Shown here: piece by piece, positions 16,906-26,812 of the stretch
Layout of the letters: each line of letters begins with the position of its first letter
Numbering within the stretch: position 1 is the first letter of the stretch
DNA from: Verrucomicrobiota bacterium
Lineage (GTDB): Bacteria; Verrucomicrobiota; Lentisphaeria; Lentisphaerales; Lentisphaeraceae
Direction: 5' to 3'
Assembly (NCBI GenBank): GCA_039798785.1
Contig: JBDKFG010000001.1
Location: forward strand, 32,001 to 96,000
Length of the DNA stretch: 64,000 nucleotides
Program-made: the position numbers and the translations under genes
Notes under the pieces: model-generated
The model's input: the letters and a program-made list of their open reading frames with translations, nothing else
Told to the model about the DNA's origin: nothing
Database searches by the model: none

Positions 16906-18327
16906 TCAATCGAGGTCGACGAATTCGACGACGCAGCCTAGTTCGGCCAGGGTCGGTGCTTCGAGGATGTCGCGGCCGCGGTAGTTGCCGCCCTTGAGGA
17001 AGACCTGCGGGCGGATGGCGCGCAGCAGGGAGTCGGCGCGCTCTTCGTCGAAGAGGACGATGTAGTCGACGCAGTCGAACATCTGCAGGAGGCGGAGGCG
17101 GTCGTCTTCATGGAGAAGCGGCGTCTTGCCGGCGGCGCGTAAAGAGCGGTCAGAGTTGACCCCGACGACGCGGATGCCGTCGAAGCCGCCGAGGCGTTCC
17201 AGGAACTGGATCTGCTCGGTCGACAGACGGTCGAAATGGCCGTTGGTGAAGTAGACCTGGCGTCCGCGGCTGCGGGCGGCGTCGAGGATGGCGCGCAGCT
17301 CGGAAGGAGTGCGGATCTTGCGCTGGCCGGATTCCTCGCCGATGACCAGCTGGTGGACGATATCGGCGCGGGAGATGGTCTTGGGGGATTGCTGTGAGAT
17401 CATGATGCCGGCGGCGGCGTTGGCGATCTCCATCAGCTGACGCGGCGGATTGCCGGCGGAGAACATCGCCATGCAGCTGACGACGCTGTCGCCGGCGCCG
17501 GCGACGTCGTAGACCTGGCGGGGACGGGTGGGGACATGCTCGGTGCGGCCGTCGCGATGGGCCCAGAAAAGGCCTTCGGCGTCGAGGGAGACGAAGGTCC
17601 ATTCGAGGCCGGCCTTGGCGATGACGAGGCGGGCGGCTTCGGCGGCATCCGTGAGAGACTTGACCTTGCGGCCAAGCTGCAGTTCCGCTTCGGTGCGGTT
17701 GGGTTTGAGGGCGGTGAACCCCTGATAGAGACTCAGGTCTGCGCCTTTGCGCGGATCACCGATCACCGGGATGCGCCCGGCCTGAGTGGCGAGCGAGCGC
17801 AGCAGGGCGGGAGTGAGAAAGCCCTTGCCGTAGTCGGAGGCGACGATGGCGTCATATTCGCCGAAGCGGCCGGAAAGGCCGGAGATCACCTCGGTTTCGA
17901 CCTCGGAGGAGAGCGGCGCCGAACTTTCAAAGTCGACGCGCAGGAGCTGCTGGCGGCCCGAGGGGAGATCGCTGTCGCGCGCGCAGAGGCGTTGCTTGCG
18001 GGTGGTCGGCCGCGAGGCGTCTCGGAAGAAGATCGGGCGGATGCCGAGGATCTCGAGCTGGGTGGCTAGCTTGCCGCCCCATTCGTCCTGGCCGATGACG
18101 CAGGCGAGATCGACCTGGGCGCCGAGCTGCGCCAGGACCGAGGCGGTGAAGGCGGCGCCGCCAAGCTGGAAAGTCTCGTCCTCGAAAGCGAGCACCGGGG
18201 TCGGCGCCTCGGGCGCGACGCGGCGGACACCTCCCCAGATGAAGTGGTCGAGCATGGCGTCGCCGGCGACGAGGATGCGCGGCGAGCCGAGGCGGCGGAC
18301 GATTTCTACGCTTTCGTGCGAACTCAT
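16906..18327 (-). CDS. hldE: Bifunctional heptose-7-phosphate kinase / heptose-1-phosphate adenylyltransferase-like protein
   Basis: VAGDAMLD, RVAPEAPTPV, SDYGKG, KPNRTE, VYDVAGAGD; C-terminal FTNGHFD...GVNSDRS...KGGNY, with the HxGH motif degenerate. Confidence 0.85.
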   Translation of the reverse strand: MSSHESVEIVRRLGSPRILVAGDAMLDHFIWGGVRRVAPEAPTPVLAFEDETFQLGGAAFTASVLAQLGAQVDLACVIGQDEWGGKLATQLEILGIRPIFFRDASRPTTRKQRLCARDSDLPSGRQQLLRVDFESSAPLSSEVETEVISGLSGRFGEYDAIVASDYGKGFLTPALLRSLATQAGRIPVIGDPRKGADLSLYQGFTALKPNRTEAELQLGRKVKSLTDAAEAARLVIAKAGLEWTFVSLDAEGLFWAHRDGRTEHVPTRPRQVYDVAGAGDSVVSCMAMFSAGNPPRQLMEIANAAAGIMISQQSPKTISRADIVHQLVIGEESGQRKIRTPSELRAILDAARSRGRQVYFTNGHFDRLSTEQIQFLERLGGFDGIRVVGVNSDRSLRAAGKTPLLHEDDRLRLLQMFDCVDYIVLFDEERADSLLRAIRPQVFLKGGNYRGRDILEAPTLAELGCVVEFVDLD

Positions 18328-18457
18328 GGGGACTCCAGATCCAGTTTCAGATTTCAAGTTTCAAGTTTAAGGTCTGAAGCGGCGAAGGCAAGGAACAGGC
18401 AAGCTGCAGCGCCAGAGGACTGGCGCGCTCCCAGGAAACTTCCTCACTCCCGCGCTT

Positions 18458-21400
18458 TTAGCGCTCGCTAGCCTTGCGCAGTTTCGGCGCCGGCTTGCTT
18501 TTGTAGAGTGCGGCGTCTTCGAGTGCTAGGTCGACCGCCTTGTCGAGCTGGACGTCGCGTCCGGTGGAGAGGTCGCCTGGCCAGGGCCAGACGATGATGT
18601 CGGGCACGGCGCCGGCGAGTTCCTGGTCCTCGCCGTTGTCGCGGCGGTACCAGCCGCGGCCGGGCATGCGCAGGGTGCCGGCACCCAGCACCTTGGCGGA
18701 ACCGGTGCTGATGACGCCGCCGGCGGTGGGGACGCCGACGACGCGGCCGCGTTTCAGGACTTGGATGGCGTGAGTGAAGACTTCGGCGTTGCTGAAGGAG
18801 TTCTGGTTGCAGAGGACGATCACCGGCTTGCTCCAGGTGGCGTAGACGAGGCGGTCGATCGGGTAGCCGAGGCCGCTGCCGCGCGAGCGGCAGATGGCGT
18901 GGTCGTTGGGGCAGAGGACCGAAAGCAGGTGGTCGGTGGTGAAGCCGCCGCCGTTTTCGCGGACATCGACGATCAGGGCGTCGCGGCCTGAGCCCTCGGC
19001 AAAGACTTCCTCCTCGAAGCGGCGGAATTCGCTCCATTGCATCTTGGCGACGTGGAGGTAGCCGATGCGGTCGTCGCTGCGCGCCGCCACCGCCTTGCGG
19101 TTGTTCTCGATCCATTCCTCATAAAGCAGATTGCGGATTTTCCGGTAGTTGATCGGGCGCAAGACGACATGTCGCTTCTCCTGCCGCGCATTCTGGACCA
19201 GGACGTCGACGTCGCGCCCTTCCAGACCGTTGAGAATCGAGCTCAGCTCGGTTTTAGGGCCGACTTCCTTGGCGGCGATGCTGAGGATCAGGTCGTTGGC
19301 GTCGATGCCTGCCTTGACCAGGTCGGCGGGGCCCTTGGGAACGACGCGTTCGACCCGCAGGCCGGGACCGGCCCAGGTGGAGTCGAAAATCAGGCCGAGA
19401 TGGGCGGTGACATTGTCGGGGCGCTGCAGCGACATCAGATTGTCGATGAAGTTGGATCGCCAGCCCATGTGGGAAGCGTTGAGTTCGCCGAGCATCATGT
19501 TGACGACGCGGTCGAAGCTGGGTTCGTCGGCTGCCGACTTGGCCAGCGGTTCGTATTTGTCGAAGATCGCGGGCCAGTCGAGGCCTTTCATCGTCTCGTC
19601 GTAGAACTGGTCGCGCATCAGGCGCCAGGTGCGGGTGAAGGTGGCGCGGCGGAAGCCGGAGACGCTCAGGTCCTGGAGGAAGGTGAAGCTGACTTGACTG
19701 AGCTGAGTTTCCCGCAGGAGCGAGGGGACGCCGTCGGAGCTGCAAGCGAGGGCGCCGCAGCGCAGCCAGGCGGAAGGACGGACGTCCTGGGCCAGGACCT
19801 GCTTGATCTGTGATTGAGTGTCGCCTATCTCAAGGCTCATCAGCTGAGCGGCCTGCTTCTTCGGGGCCTCGGGATCGCGGAGGTCGCTGAGGCTGCCTTG
19901 AGTCGCTCTGAAATAGAGCTTGCGCGAATCGCCGCTCCACACCAAGCTGCCTTCCATCATGTTGGGCAGCGACAGGGTCTGGCGGCGGTCGTGCAGGCCG
20001 TCGAAATCGATCTTGAGATCCGCCGCCTTCGGAGCGCGGGGAGTCTTCTCGGCGGGCTTCTCCGGGCCTTTGTCGCCGGATTTCTCGAGGCTTTTCTCGG
20101 CGGGCTTCTCCGGCGCTTTCTCCTGCCGTGATGAGCGCCCTTTCTTCATCGTTTCGACGGCTTTTTCGAGGAGCTTGTCGCGGCGGGTCACTTCCGAGCG
20201 GCTCTTGTCGAGGGTGCAGAGGACGATGTCGGGCTCGCCCTCGTTGCGGCAGCCAACGTAGGCCAGCCAGGCGCCGTCGGGTGACCAGCGCGGGTTGAAA
20301 TCGTCGCGTGGATGGCGGGAGATGTTGAGGGGGTCGCGACTGCCGTCGAGGGGCGCTATCCAGATTTCGCTGTTGTAGTCGGCGTCGCGGACGGCCCAGG
20401 CGATCCATTTGCCGTCAGGCGAGAGATCGTAGTCGGGCTTCTCCCAGCAGGAGATCAAGGCTTCGCTCTTGCCGTTCTGTAGATCCAGCTTCCAGATGGC
20501 GGGACCTTTGAGGAAGATCAGCTGCTTCCCTTCCGGGGTGAGCTGCATGTCGCTCAGGGTGTCGCTGTCCTCGAAGAGGACTTCGAACTTGAATTCGCGG
20601 TTCTGCCACCAGTAGAGCTTTTCGTCGGCGCGGCTCGCTTTGACGATCTGGCTGCGGCGCCCGTCTTCGCGAAGGAAGAAGATGGCGTCGGCGTCGCGGC
20701 CGAAGACCGGCTCGGTGTCCCAAGCAGCACCGGAGCTGACCTGGCTGGGCTCCTTCAGCACCGTGTCGGAGACTGCGATGTCGCCGCCGGCGGAGAAGCT
20801 CAGCTCGAGACCGTCGCTGCTGAAGGAGAAATCGTTGGCCTTGGAGTGGCGGAGCTGCTGGATGTCCTTGTTGCCGAGATCCGCGCCGGTCCACAGGGGG
20901 ATGGCGGTGGCGCCTCTGCCGGGATTGCGAGGGTCGAGGGACATCAGGTCGAAGAGTTGACGGAAGACCAGTCTGCTGCCGTCGCGGGAGATGCACAGGT
21001 CGCTGGCGGATTCGGTCTTGAAGTCGGTGAGCTTCTCGTCCTTGCGACTGTCCAGGTCGAAGCGGTGGATGTTGCCGATTCCGCTGGAGCTGTTGATGTA
21101 GTAGAAGCTACGACCGTCGGGACCCCAGGCCGGACTGCGGCAGTCGCTCTCCTGCTGCAGAATGGGCGAGAACTTCTTCGACGCCATTTCGTAAAGCCAG
21201 ATCTGGGCCGCCTGGCTGCCCCGATAGCCCTTGCGGTATTTCTCCGATCCTTCTCGGACGAAGAGGATGCGGCCACCGTCGGGGGAGACGCGAGCCTCGT
21301 CGCCGTAGTCGTCGAAGATCATCTCCTCTTTCGTGGGATTCCGTCCGGTGTCGACTTTGATCAGTCGCTCCGAGGTCTTGTTGCTGAAGCCGCGGTCGCG

Positions 21401-21781
21401 CAGGCCGATGCACATCAGCTGGCGTCCGTCAGGGTACCAGTCGGTGAGTCGATAGCCTTCGGAGTGGAAGCCGACCTGGCGCGGCTGGCCGCCGCCGCTC
21501 GGGATGACGTAGGCGTGGGGGCTGCCTTCCCGGAAACTCATGAAGGCGATCTGCTTGCCGTCCGGTGACCAGACCGGATTCCCGTCGATGGCGGGATGCA
21601 TGGTCAAGGCGCTGGCTTCTCCTCCTTCGAGGGGTGCAGTCCAGACTTCGCCCTTCCAGGCAAAGGCGATCTTCCGGCCGTCCGGGGACAAGGCCGGGCC
21701 GATGGGGATGCGGATCGGGGTCTTGTCGGCTTCCGGCGCAGGCGCGGCGGCGAAGAAGAGACTGGTCAAGAAGGAGATCAT
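18458..21781 (-). CDS. Tricorn-like S41 peptidase (PD40 propellers, PDZ, catalytic domain)
   Basis: Repeated WSPDG motifs, MLGELNASH, DVRENGGG, SFSNAEVF, GVPTAGGVI. Confidence 0.9.
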   Translation of the reverse strand: MISFLTSLFFAAAPAPEADKTPIRIPIGPALSPDGRKIAFAWKGEVWTAPLEGGEASALTMHPAIDGNPVWSPDGKQIAFMSFREGSPHAYVIPSGGGQPRQVGFHSEGYRLTDWYPDGRQLMCIGLRDRGFSNKTSERLIKVDTGRNPTKEEMIFDDYGDEARVSPDGGRILFVREGSEKYRKGYRGSQAAQIWLYEMASKKFSPILQQESDCRSPAWGPDGRSFYYINSSSGIGNIHRFDLDSRKDEKLTDFKTESASDLCISRDGSRLVFRQLFDLMSLDPRNPGRGATAIPLWTGADLGNKDIQQLRHSKANDFSFSSDGLELSFSAGGDIAVSDTVLKEPSQVSSGAAWDTEPVFGRDADAIFFLREDGRRSQIVKASRADEKLYWWQNREFKFEVLFEDSDTLSDMQLTPEGKQLIFLKGPAIWKLDLQNGKSEALISCWEKPDYDLSPDGKWIAWAVRDADYNSEIWIAPLDGSRDPLNISRHPRDDFNPRWSPDGAWLAYVGCRNEGEPDIVLCTLDKSRSEVTRRDKLLEKAVETMKKGRSSRQEKAPEKPAEKSLEKSGDKGPEKPAEKTPRAPKAADLKIDFDGLHDRRQTLSLPNMMEGSLVWSGDSRKLYFRATQGSLSDLRDPEAPKKQAAQLMSLEIGDTQSQIKQVLAQDVRPSAWLRCGALACSSDGVPSLLRETQLSQVSFTFLQDLSVSGFRRATFTRTWRLMRDQFYDETMKGLDWPAIFDKYEPLAKSAADEPSFDRVVNMMLGELNASHMGWRSNFIDNLMSLQRPDNVTAHLGLIFDSTWAGPGLRVERVVPKGPADLVKAGIDANDLILSIAAKEVGPKTELSSILNGLEGRDVDVLVQNARQEKRHVVLRPINYRKIRNLLYEEWIENNRKAVAARSDDRIGYLHVAKMQWSEFRRFEEEVFAEGSGRDALIVDVRENGGGFTTDHLLSVLCPNDHAICRSRGSGLGYPIDRLVYATWSKPVIVLCNQNSFSNAEVFTHAIQVLKRGRVVGVPTAGGVISTGSAKVLGAGTLRMPGRGWYRRDNGEDQELAGAVPDIIVWPWPGDLSTGRDVQLDKAVDLALEDAALYKSKPAPKLRKASER

Positions 21782-22007
21782 CGCGGGCCTCGAGGTTTTA
21801 TGACATCTCCCAAGCTCGCTCCTGGTGGCGATTTGGCAAGGGCTGAAGGCCTGGCTGACACTCTGGCGATCCTGGCGGCGGCGAGGGAAAATCGCCTGGC
21901 ACCGAAGCGTAAAAATTTCGCTCTGCGCATCATAAAAGATGAGCCGAGGCTCAATTCCGCCGGCCGAGGCTCGCGAACTTGAACCTGAACTTCATGGAGA
22001 TCTCATC

Positions 22008-22907
22008 ATGAAAAAGATGTTGTCCTTCCTGGTGTTTGCGCTTGGTTGCGGCGCAGTCGCGTCGCCGCTTCCCTCCGTCTCGCCATATCCTCTTTGCGCC
22101 GAGCCTGGAAAGCAAGGGCCTGAAGAAAAGCCCTTCCTTGGCGTTGTCGTGGAATCGCTGGGGGAGTTCACCCGCCTCCATCTCGGGATGGAAGCCGGCA
22201 AGGGCTTCGGCATCCGCGAGGTGAGCCCCGAATCCCCGGCGGCCAAGGCCGGCCTCAAGCCCGGTGACGTGCTGGTCAAATTGGAGCAGCAAGTGCTCTT
22301 CAGCGCCACCCCGCTGCCCGCGACCATGAGCCTCTTCCAGCCGGGGCAGAAGATCTGCGTCACCTTCCTTCGCAAAGGCCAGGAGCAGAACGCTGAAATC
22401 ACTCTTGCCGGACGCATCGTCGACGCTCGTCAGGAAGTGCACCGCCAGCCCAGGCCCCGCTTCGAGATCCCCTTCGGCATGAGGTCCGGGGAGGATCGGA
22501 TCGAGCAGATGATGAAACGACTGCACCGTCTCGAACAGGATTTCGGCGAGGGTCTGCTGCCACCTGCCATGCCGGCCATGCCGGCCATGCCGGCCATGCC
22601 GGCCATGCCGGCCATGCCGGCCATGCCGGCCATGCCGGCCATGCCGGCCATGCCGGCCATGCCGGCCAAGCCGGGGCAGCAGATGCTGATCATCACCGAA
22701 GACGCTGACGGACGAATTGAACTCCGCGGCGACAAGGGAGACTGGCATCTCAAAGCCCACAAGCCAGGCGGTGTGCTGCTTTTTGACGGGCCGTGGAACC
22801 GCGACGAGGACAAAGCCAAGGCTCCTGCTGAATTGCGCCAGCGCGCCGATAGATTGATGAAGGAGTCAGCGTTGACCACTCCAGACGCTGGCGATCACGT
22901 CCTCTGA
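22008..22907 (+). CDS. Secreted PDZ-domain protein with a Pro-Ala-Met repeat linker
   Basis: Signal peptide; PFLGV...SPAAKAGLKPGDVL PDZ domain. Confidence 0.8.
   Translation: MKKMLSFLVFALGCGAVASPLPSVSPYPLCAEPGKQGPEEKPFLGVVVESLGEFTRLHLGMEAGKGFGIREVSPESPAAKAGLKPGDVLVKLEQQVLFSATPLPATMSLFQPGQKICVTFLRKGQEQNAEITLAGRIVDARQEVHRQPRPRFEIPFGMRSGEDRIEQMMKRLHRLEQDFGEGLLPPAMPAMPAMPAMPAMPAMPAMPAMPAMPAMPAMPAKPGQQMLIITEDADGRIELRGDKGDWHLKAHKPGGVLLFDGPWNRDEDKAKAPAELRQRADRLMKESALTTPDAGDHVL
22563..22667 (+). repeat. 9-bp tandem repeat CCGGCCATG (10 perfect copies plus flanking variants) encoding (PAM)11
   Basis: Read directly. Confidence 0.95.
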
Positions 22908-23228
22908 GCTCATTCAACAAGACCGGACGGCGCTGGGAGATCCGTCGCTGTCTCCTGATTTTTTCCTGCCTGTAAAGCGCGGGAGGAGATCCATCCTCCC
23001 GCGATCGGGGAAGAGAATTCCCCAGTTAGCGGTCTGCTCCGGTCCGGTGGCGGCCCCGTTCTCTACGGATGGATCTCGAGCCGCGTCATCGACGGTAAGT
23101 TGGCGGGGCTCCGTGCCACAAGTTTCCGGATGGCTTGCGAACTTTCTGGTCTGAGGGATGCTCAAAATCAACTTGCCATCGGCTTCCGTCCGGATTTATA
23201 ATGGGGTCACAACCAGAAAGGCCCCCAG

Positions 23229-24968
23229 ATGAATCCCGAAGCACCCACTCCCCTTTGCGCCGCCGTCCAAGCCGGCGATCTCGCCGCTATTCGCCGCCTC
23301 CTGGCGGAAGGTCAGGATCCGAATCAGACCGATCCGCAGGGCTGGCCCCTGATGTACCGCGCCGGAGTTCGCGGCTCAATCGAAATTCTGGCGGCGTTGC
23401 TGGAGGCGGGCGCCCGATTGGATGGAGAAGAGGAGTCCACCGCTCTGTGTGGCGCTTGTAGCGAAGGTCATTTGGAGGCGATTCGTTGGCTGATTGAAAA
23501 AGGCGCAATCCTCAATCGGCCGTCCCCGGCTCATACGCCCCTGCATAGTGCCGCCGCCCATCCCGAGGCCGTCCGCCTCCTCCTCTCGCTTGGAGCTCAG
23601 TGGGATGCCCGCGACCATTGTGACAGTCAGCCTATTCATAATGCAGCCTGTTTTTCTCTTGAGTCTCTCAAGATTTTTCAGGCCGCCGGAGCTTCCTTGG
23701 ATGTCAAGGACTGCCTTGGCGATCAGCCGATCCATTATGCCGCAGATGCCGGCAATTGCGCAGTCCTGGAGTATTTGCTGCAACAAGGAATTCCGGTGGA
23801 CTGCCCTTCCGGTTTCGCGAGAGGCCAAGCCATTCATTCGGCGGCATCTCGAGGCAGAATCGAGGCCATTCGTCTCCTCCTAGGCCACGGCGCCAAGATT
23901 GACGCTCTGGAGCGCTCGGGAGGATTTATCAGGCAGCCGATCCATGAAGCTGCGGCCTGTGGCTCGCCGGAAACGATCGGATTTCTCCTATCGCAAGGCG
24001 CCCAGATCGATGCGCCGGACGAATCCGGGAATCAGCCGATCCACGTAGCCGCGGGGAGCGGCAAGATCGAAACTCTCCGCTTTCTCCTGTCGCAGGGCGC
24101 CCGGATCGATGTGGTGAATTTGGCGGGCGAGCAGCCGATCCACAAAGCGGTCGGATCACTGGAGACGATGCACTTCCTCGTCGAGCACGGCGCCCGCTGG
24201 GAGGCCCGCGCCAGAAACGGCGATCAATTGATCCACTTCGCGGTGGCGAGTGGCGAGAAGGAAACGATCGAATTTCTCCTTCGGCAAGGTGCCGCCGCGG
24301 ATGCCAAAAACGACGAGGGGGGACAGCCGATTCATCGCGTCGCCAGCATCTACGCGTCATCTCTCAAGCGTTACGACAAGCAGAAGGCGATCCTCGATCT
24401 CCTCGTCGCGGGAGGAGCAAAACTCGACGCCGCCGATGACAGCGGAAGACAGCTCATCCATGGCTTGCAGATGGATGGAAAGGACATTCCCTTGATCAAT
24501 TTCCTGCTTGATAACGGCGTCCGTGTCGATGCGGCGCTCAATTGCGGCCTCCAGCCGATTCATTACGCCGCTATACGGGCAGCCAGTGAATGCAGGTCGG
24601 AGACCAATGAGTTTCTGGCGCCGCTGCAAGTCCTCTTGAGTCGCGGTGCCGACATCCATGCCCGGGATCTTGACGGCTGGCAAGCGATTCATTACGCCAC
24701 GAAATATGGTCGTTACACCGGGCCGCTACCGAGCGGCAGAATGTCTCCCTCCAAGGTTCCTCTGCTCCAGTTTCTGGTTGAAAAAGGCGCCGATTTGAAT
24801 TCGGAGACGGCTTGTGGCGAGAGCGTCTTGGATCTGTCGAAAACCGGGGCCGAAGGAGCCGAGAAGCGTCCTTCGGAGTTGACGGCGTGGATCGCCAGTC
24901 ATTTGCCGCCGCTCGGTTTTTTCGCCCGGCTGCAGCGTCGTTTTCGTCGCTGGTGGCGGGCGGCATGA
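23229..24968 (+). CDS. Ankyrin-repeat protein
   Basis: Many G.QPIH.AA..G....L..LL..GA repeats. Confidence 0.92.
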   Translation: MNPEAPTPLCAAVQAGDLAAIRRLLAEGQDPNQTDPQGWPLMYRAGVRGSIEILAALLEAGARLDGEEESTALCGACSEGHLEAIRWLIEKGAILNRPSPAHTPLHSAAAHPEAVRLLLSLGAQWDARDHCDSQPIHNAACFSLESLKIFQAAGASLDVKDCLGDQPIHYAADAGNCAVLEYLLQQGIPVDCPSGFARGQAIHSAASRGRIEAIRLLLGHGAKIDALERSGGFIRQPIHEAAACGSPETIGFLLSQGAQIDAPDESGNQPIHVAAGSGKIETLRFLLSQGARIDVVNLAGEQPIHKAVGSLETMHFLVEHGARWEARARNGDQLIHFAVASGEKETIEFLLRQGAAADAKNDEGGQPIHRVASIYASSLKRYDKQKAILDLLVAGGAKLDAADDSGRQLIHGLQMDGKDIPLINFLLDNGVRVDAALNCGLQPIHYAAIRAASECRSETNEFLAPLQVLLSRGADIHARDLDGWQAIHYATKYGRYTGPLPSGRMSPSKVPLLQFLVEKGADLNSETACGESVLDLSKTGAEGAEKRPSELTAWIASHLPPLGFFARLQRRFRRWWRAA

Positions 24969-25065
24969 AATGGCCAGGTCGCGGCCTTCTTGATTTTTCC
25001 TCCGGGCGCTGCGGCGTTGGGCCGCTATTTTCAGGATGTTCCAGCACCGAATCGAAGGAGATCTG

Positions 25066-25776
25066 ATGACCGAACCGATCGACCGCCGTCCCGTAGCTTC
25101 CCGCTCCTGGGGGCCGATCGCCGCGCTGGCGGCGCTTTGTGCCCGCCTCGGGATCTCGCCCAACGCCATCTCCGTCGGCAGCCTCGTCTTCGCCGTGCTC
25201 AGCGGCCTGTCCTTTGCCTGCACCTCGCAAGTCGAAGCGGGTTCCGTGCTCAGCCGCCTGCTCTGGATCGGTGGCGGCCTTGCCCTCGGGGGGCGGGCCT
25301 TGTGCAACGTCATTGACGGCCTGGTGGCGGGCTTGCGGCCGGATCTGAAGCGCCCGGATGGCGAGCTTTACAACGAGGTGCCGGACCGACTTTCCGACGC
25401 GGTCTTCCTGATCGGTCTCGGTCATGCCGCCGGCAGCTCGGTCGAGCTGGGTTGGGCCGCGGCACTCGCCGCAGTGCTCACCGCCTACTGCCGGGTGCAA
25501 GGGGGCCTGAGCCTGCTGAAGGCGCGGCCGGAGCTCCACGCCAGCTTCCGGCAGGATTTCTCCGGCGTCTTTTCCAAGCCCCGCCGGATGGGCTACACCT
25601 TCGCCTTCGCCGCGTTGATGAGCGCCTGGCCGCAGCTCGCCGCCACGGGCTTGCCTTCCGGCCTGGCTTTCTGCGGCGGCGTCACCGGCGTCTTCCTGCT
25701 CCTCATCGCCCTTGGCAGCGCCGCCACCTGTGCCGGACGCCTGATCCGTTGCCGCCGCGAGCTCTTCCGCTCATGA
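25066..25776 (+). CDS. CDP-alcohol phosphatidyltransferase family protein
   Basis: GISPNAIS, NVIDGLVA...GELYNEVPDRLSD. Confidence 0.85.
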   Translation: MTEPIDRRPVASRSWGPIAALAALCARLGISPNAISVGSLVFAVLSGLSFACTSQVEAGSVLSRLLWIGGGLALGGRALCNVIDGLVAGLRPDLKRPDGELYNEVPDRLSDAVFLIGLGHAAGSSVELGWAAALAAVLTAYCRVQGGLSLLKARPELHASFRQDFSGVFSKPRRMGYTFAFAALMSAWPQLAATGLPSGLAFCGGVTGVFLLLIALGSAATCAGRLIRCRRELFRS

Positions 25777-25816
25777 CAGATAGCCTGTTCCACATCCTTC
25801 AACTCCTGAAGGCCCC

Positions 25817-26791
25817 ATGACCTTTTTCGACTTTCAAAGCGCCTTCGATTTCCCCCTGGTGAAGCAGCTGCTGATCGCCGTGGGGGCCTTGATCCTCGCG
25901 GCGCCGCTGCTCACCGAAACGCTGTTCCGTATGGGCCGGGTCGGAGCGGATTTGCGCCGCGAGATCCAAGTCCGCATCGCCACCTGGGCAGTGCTGGCCT
26001 TGCTGATCTTCGGCGGCGTCCTGGGCGGCCGTCTGCCGATGGTGCTGCTCTGCCTGCTGCTGGCCTTGCTCTGCTGGCGCGAGTTCGCCCGGATCACCGG
26101 CGTCTTCCGCGAAGGCCTGCTGTCCGCCGCGGTGGTGCTGGGCATCGCCTGGATGCACTTCGCCGCCCTCGATCATTGGTACGCCTTGTTTCTAGCCTTG
26201 CCGCCCCTGTGCGTCGCGACGTTGTGCGTGCTGGCCTTGACCGCCGACCAGCCGAAGGGCTACATACAGCGCGTCGCTCTCAGCTGTTTCGGACTGCTCC
26301 TGATCGGCGGTTGTTTCGCTCATCTCGCCTATCTGGTCAACGACCCCCGAGGCCGTGCCTTGGCGCTGAGCTTCTTTGCGATCGCCGCGATCCAAGACGT
26401 CGGTGCCTTCTGCGTCGGCAAGGCTTGCGGACGGCGCAAACTGGCGCCGGTCACCAGCCCGGGCAAGACCCTCGAAGGGGCGCTCGGCGGCACCTTGCTC
26501 GCCGGGATCTTCGGGCTTTACGCCTTGCACCAGATCTTCCCCTCGGCTTCGCTGGCCGGACTCGCCTGGATCGCCGCCTCCCTGCCGATCCTCGCCCTCC
26601 TCGGCGATCTCGTCCTCGGCTCAATCAAGCGCGACGTCGGGGTCAAGGACGCCGGCACCCTTCTGCCTGGCCACGGCGGCGTCCTCGACCGCTTCAACTC
26701 GCTGCTGCTGATCAGTCCGGTCGCCTTCCACCTGCTGCGCTATCTCTACGAGCTGGCGGCGAGCCACGGCGGGCGACTGATCAGCGGCTGA
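25817..26791 (+). CDS. Phosphatidate cytidylyltransferase (YnbB-like)
   Basis: SPGKTLEG, GDLVLGSIKRDVGVKD.G.LLPGHGGVLDRFNSL. Confidence 0.9.
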   Translation: MTFFDFQSAFDFPLVKQLLIAVGALILAAPLLTETLFRMGRVGADLRREIQVRIATWAVLALLIFGGVLGGRLPMVLLCLLLALLCWREFARITGVFREGLLSAAVVLGIAWMHFAALDHWYALFLALPPLCVATLCVLALTADQPKGYIQRVALSCFGLLLIGGCFAHLAYLVNDPRGRALALSFFAIAAIQDVGAFCVGKACGRRKLAPVTSPGKTLEGALGGTLLAGIFGLYALHQIFPSASLAGLAWIAASLPILALLGDLVLGSIKRDVGVKDAGTLLPGHGGVLDRFNSLLLISPVAFHLLRYLYELAASHGGRLISG

Positions 26792-26812
26792 GGAAGCGAT
26801 GGCGGAATCGGC

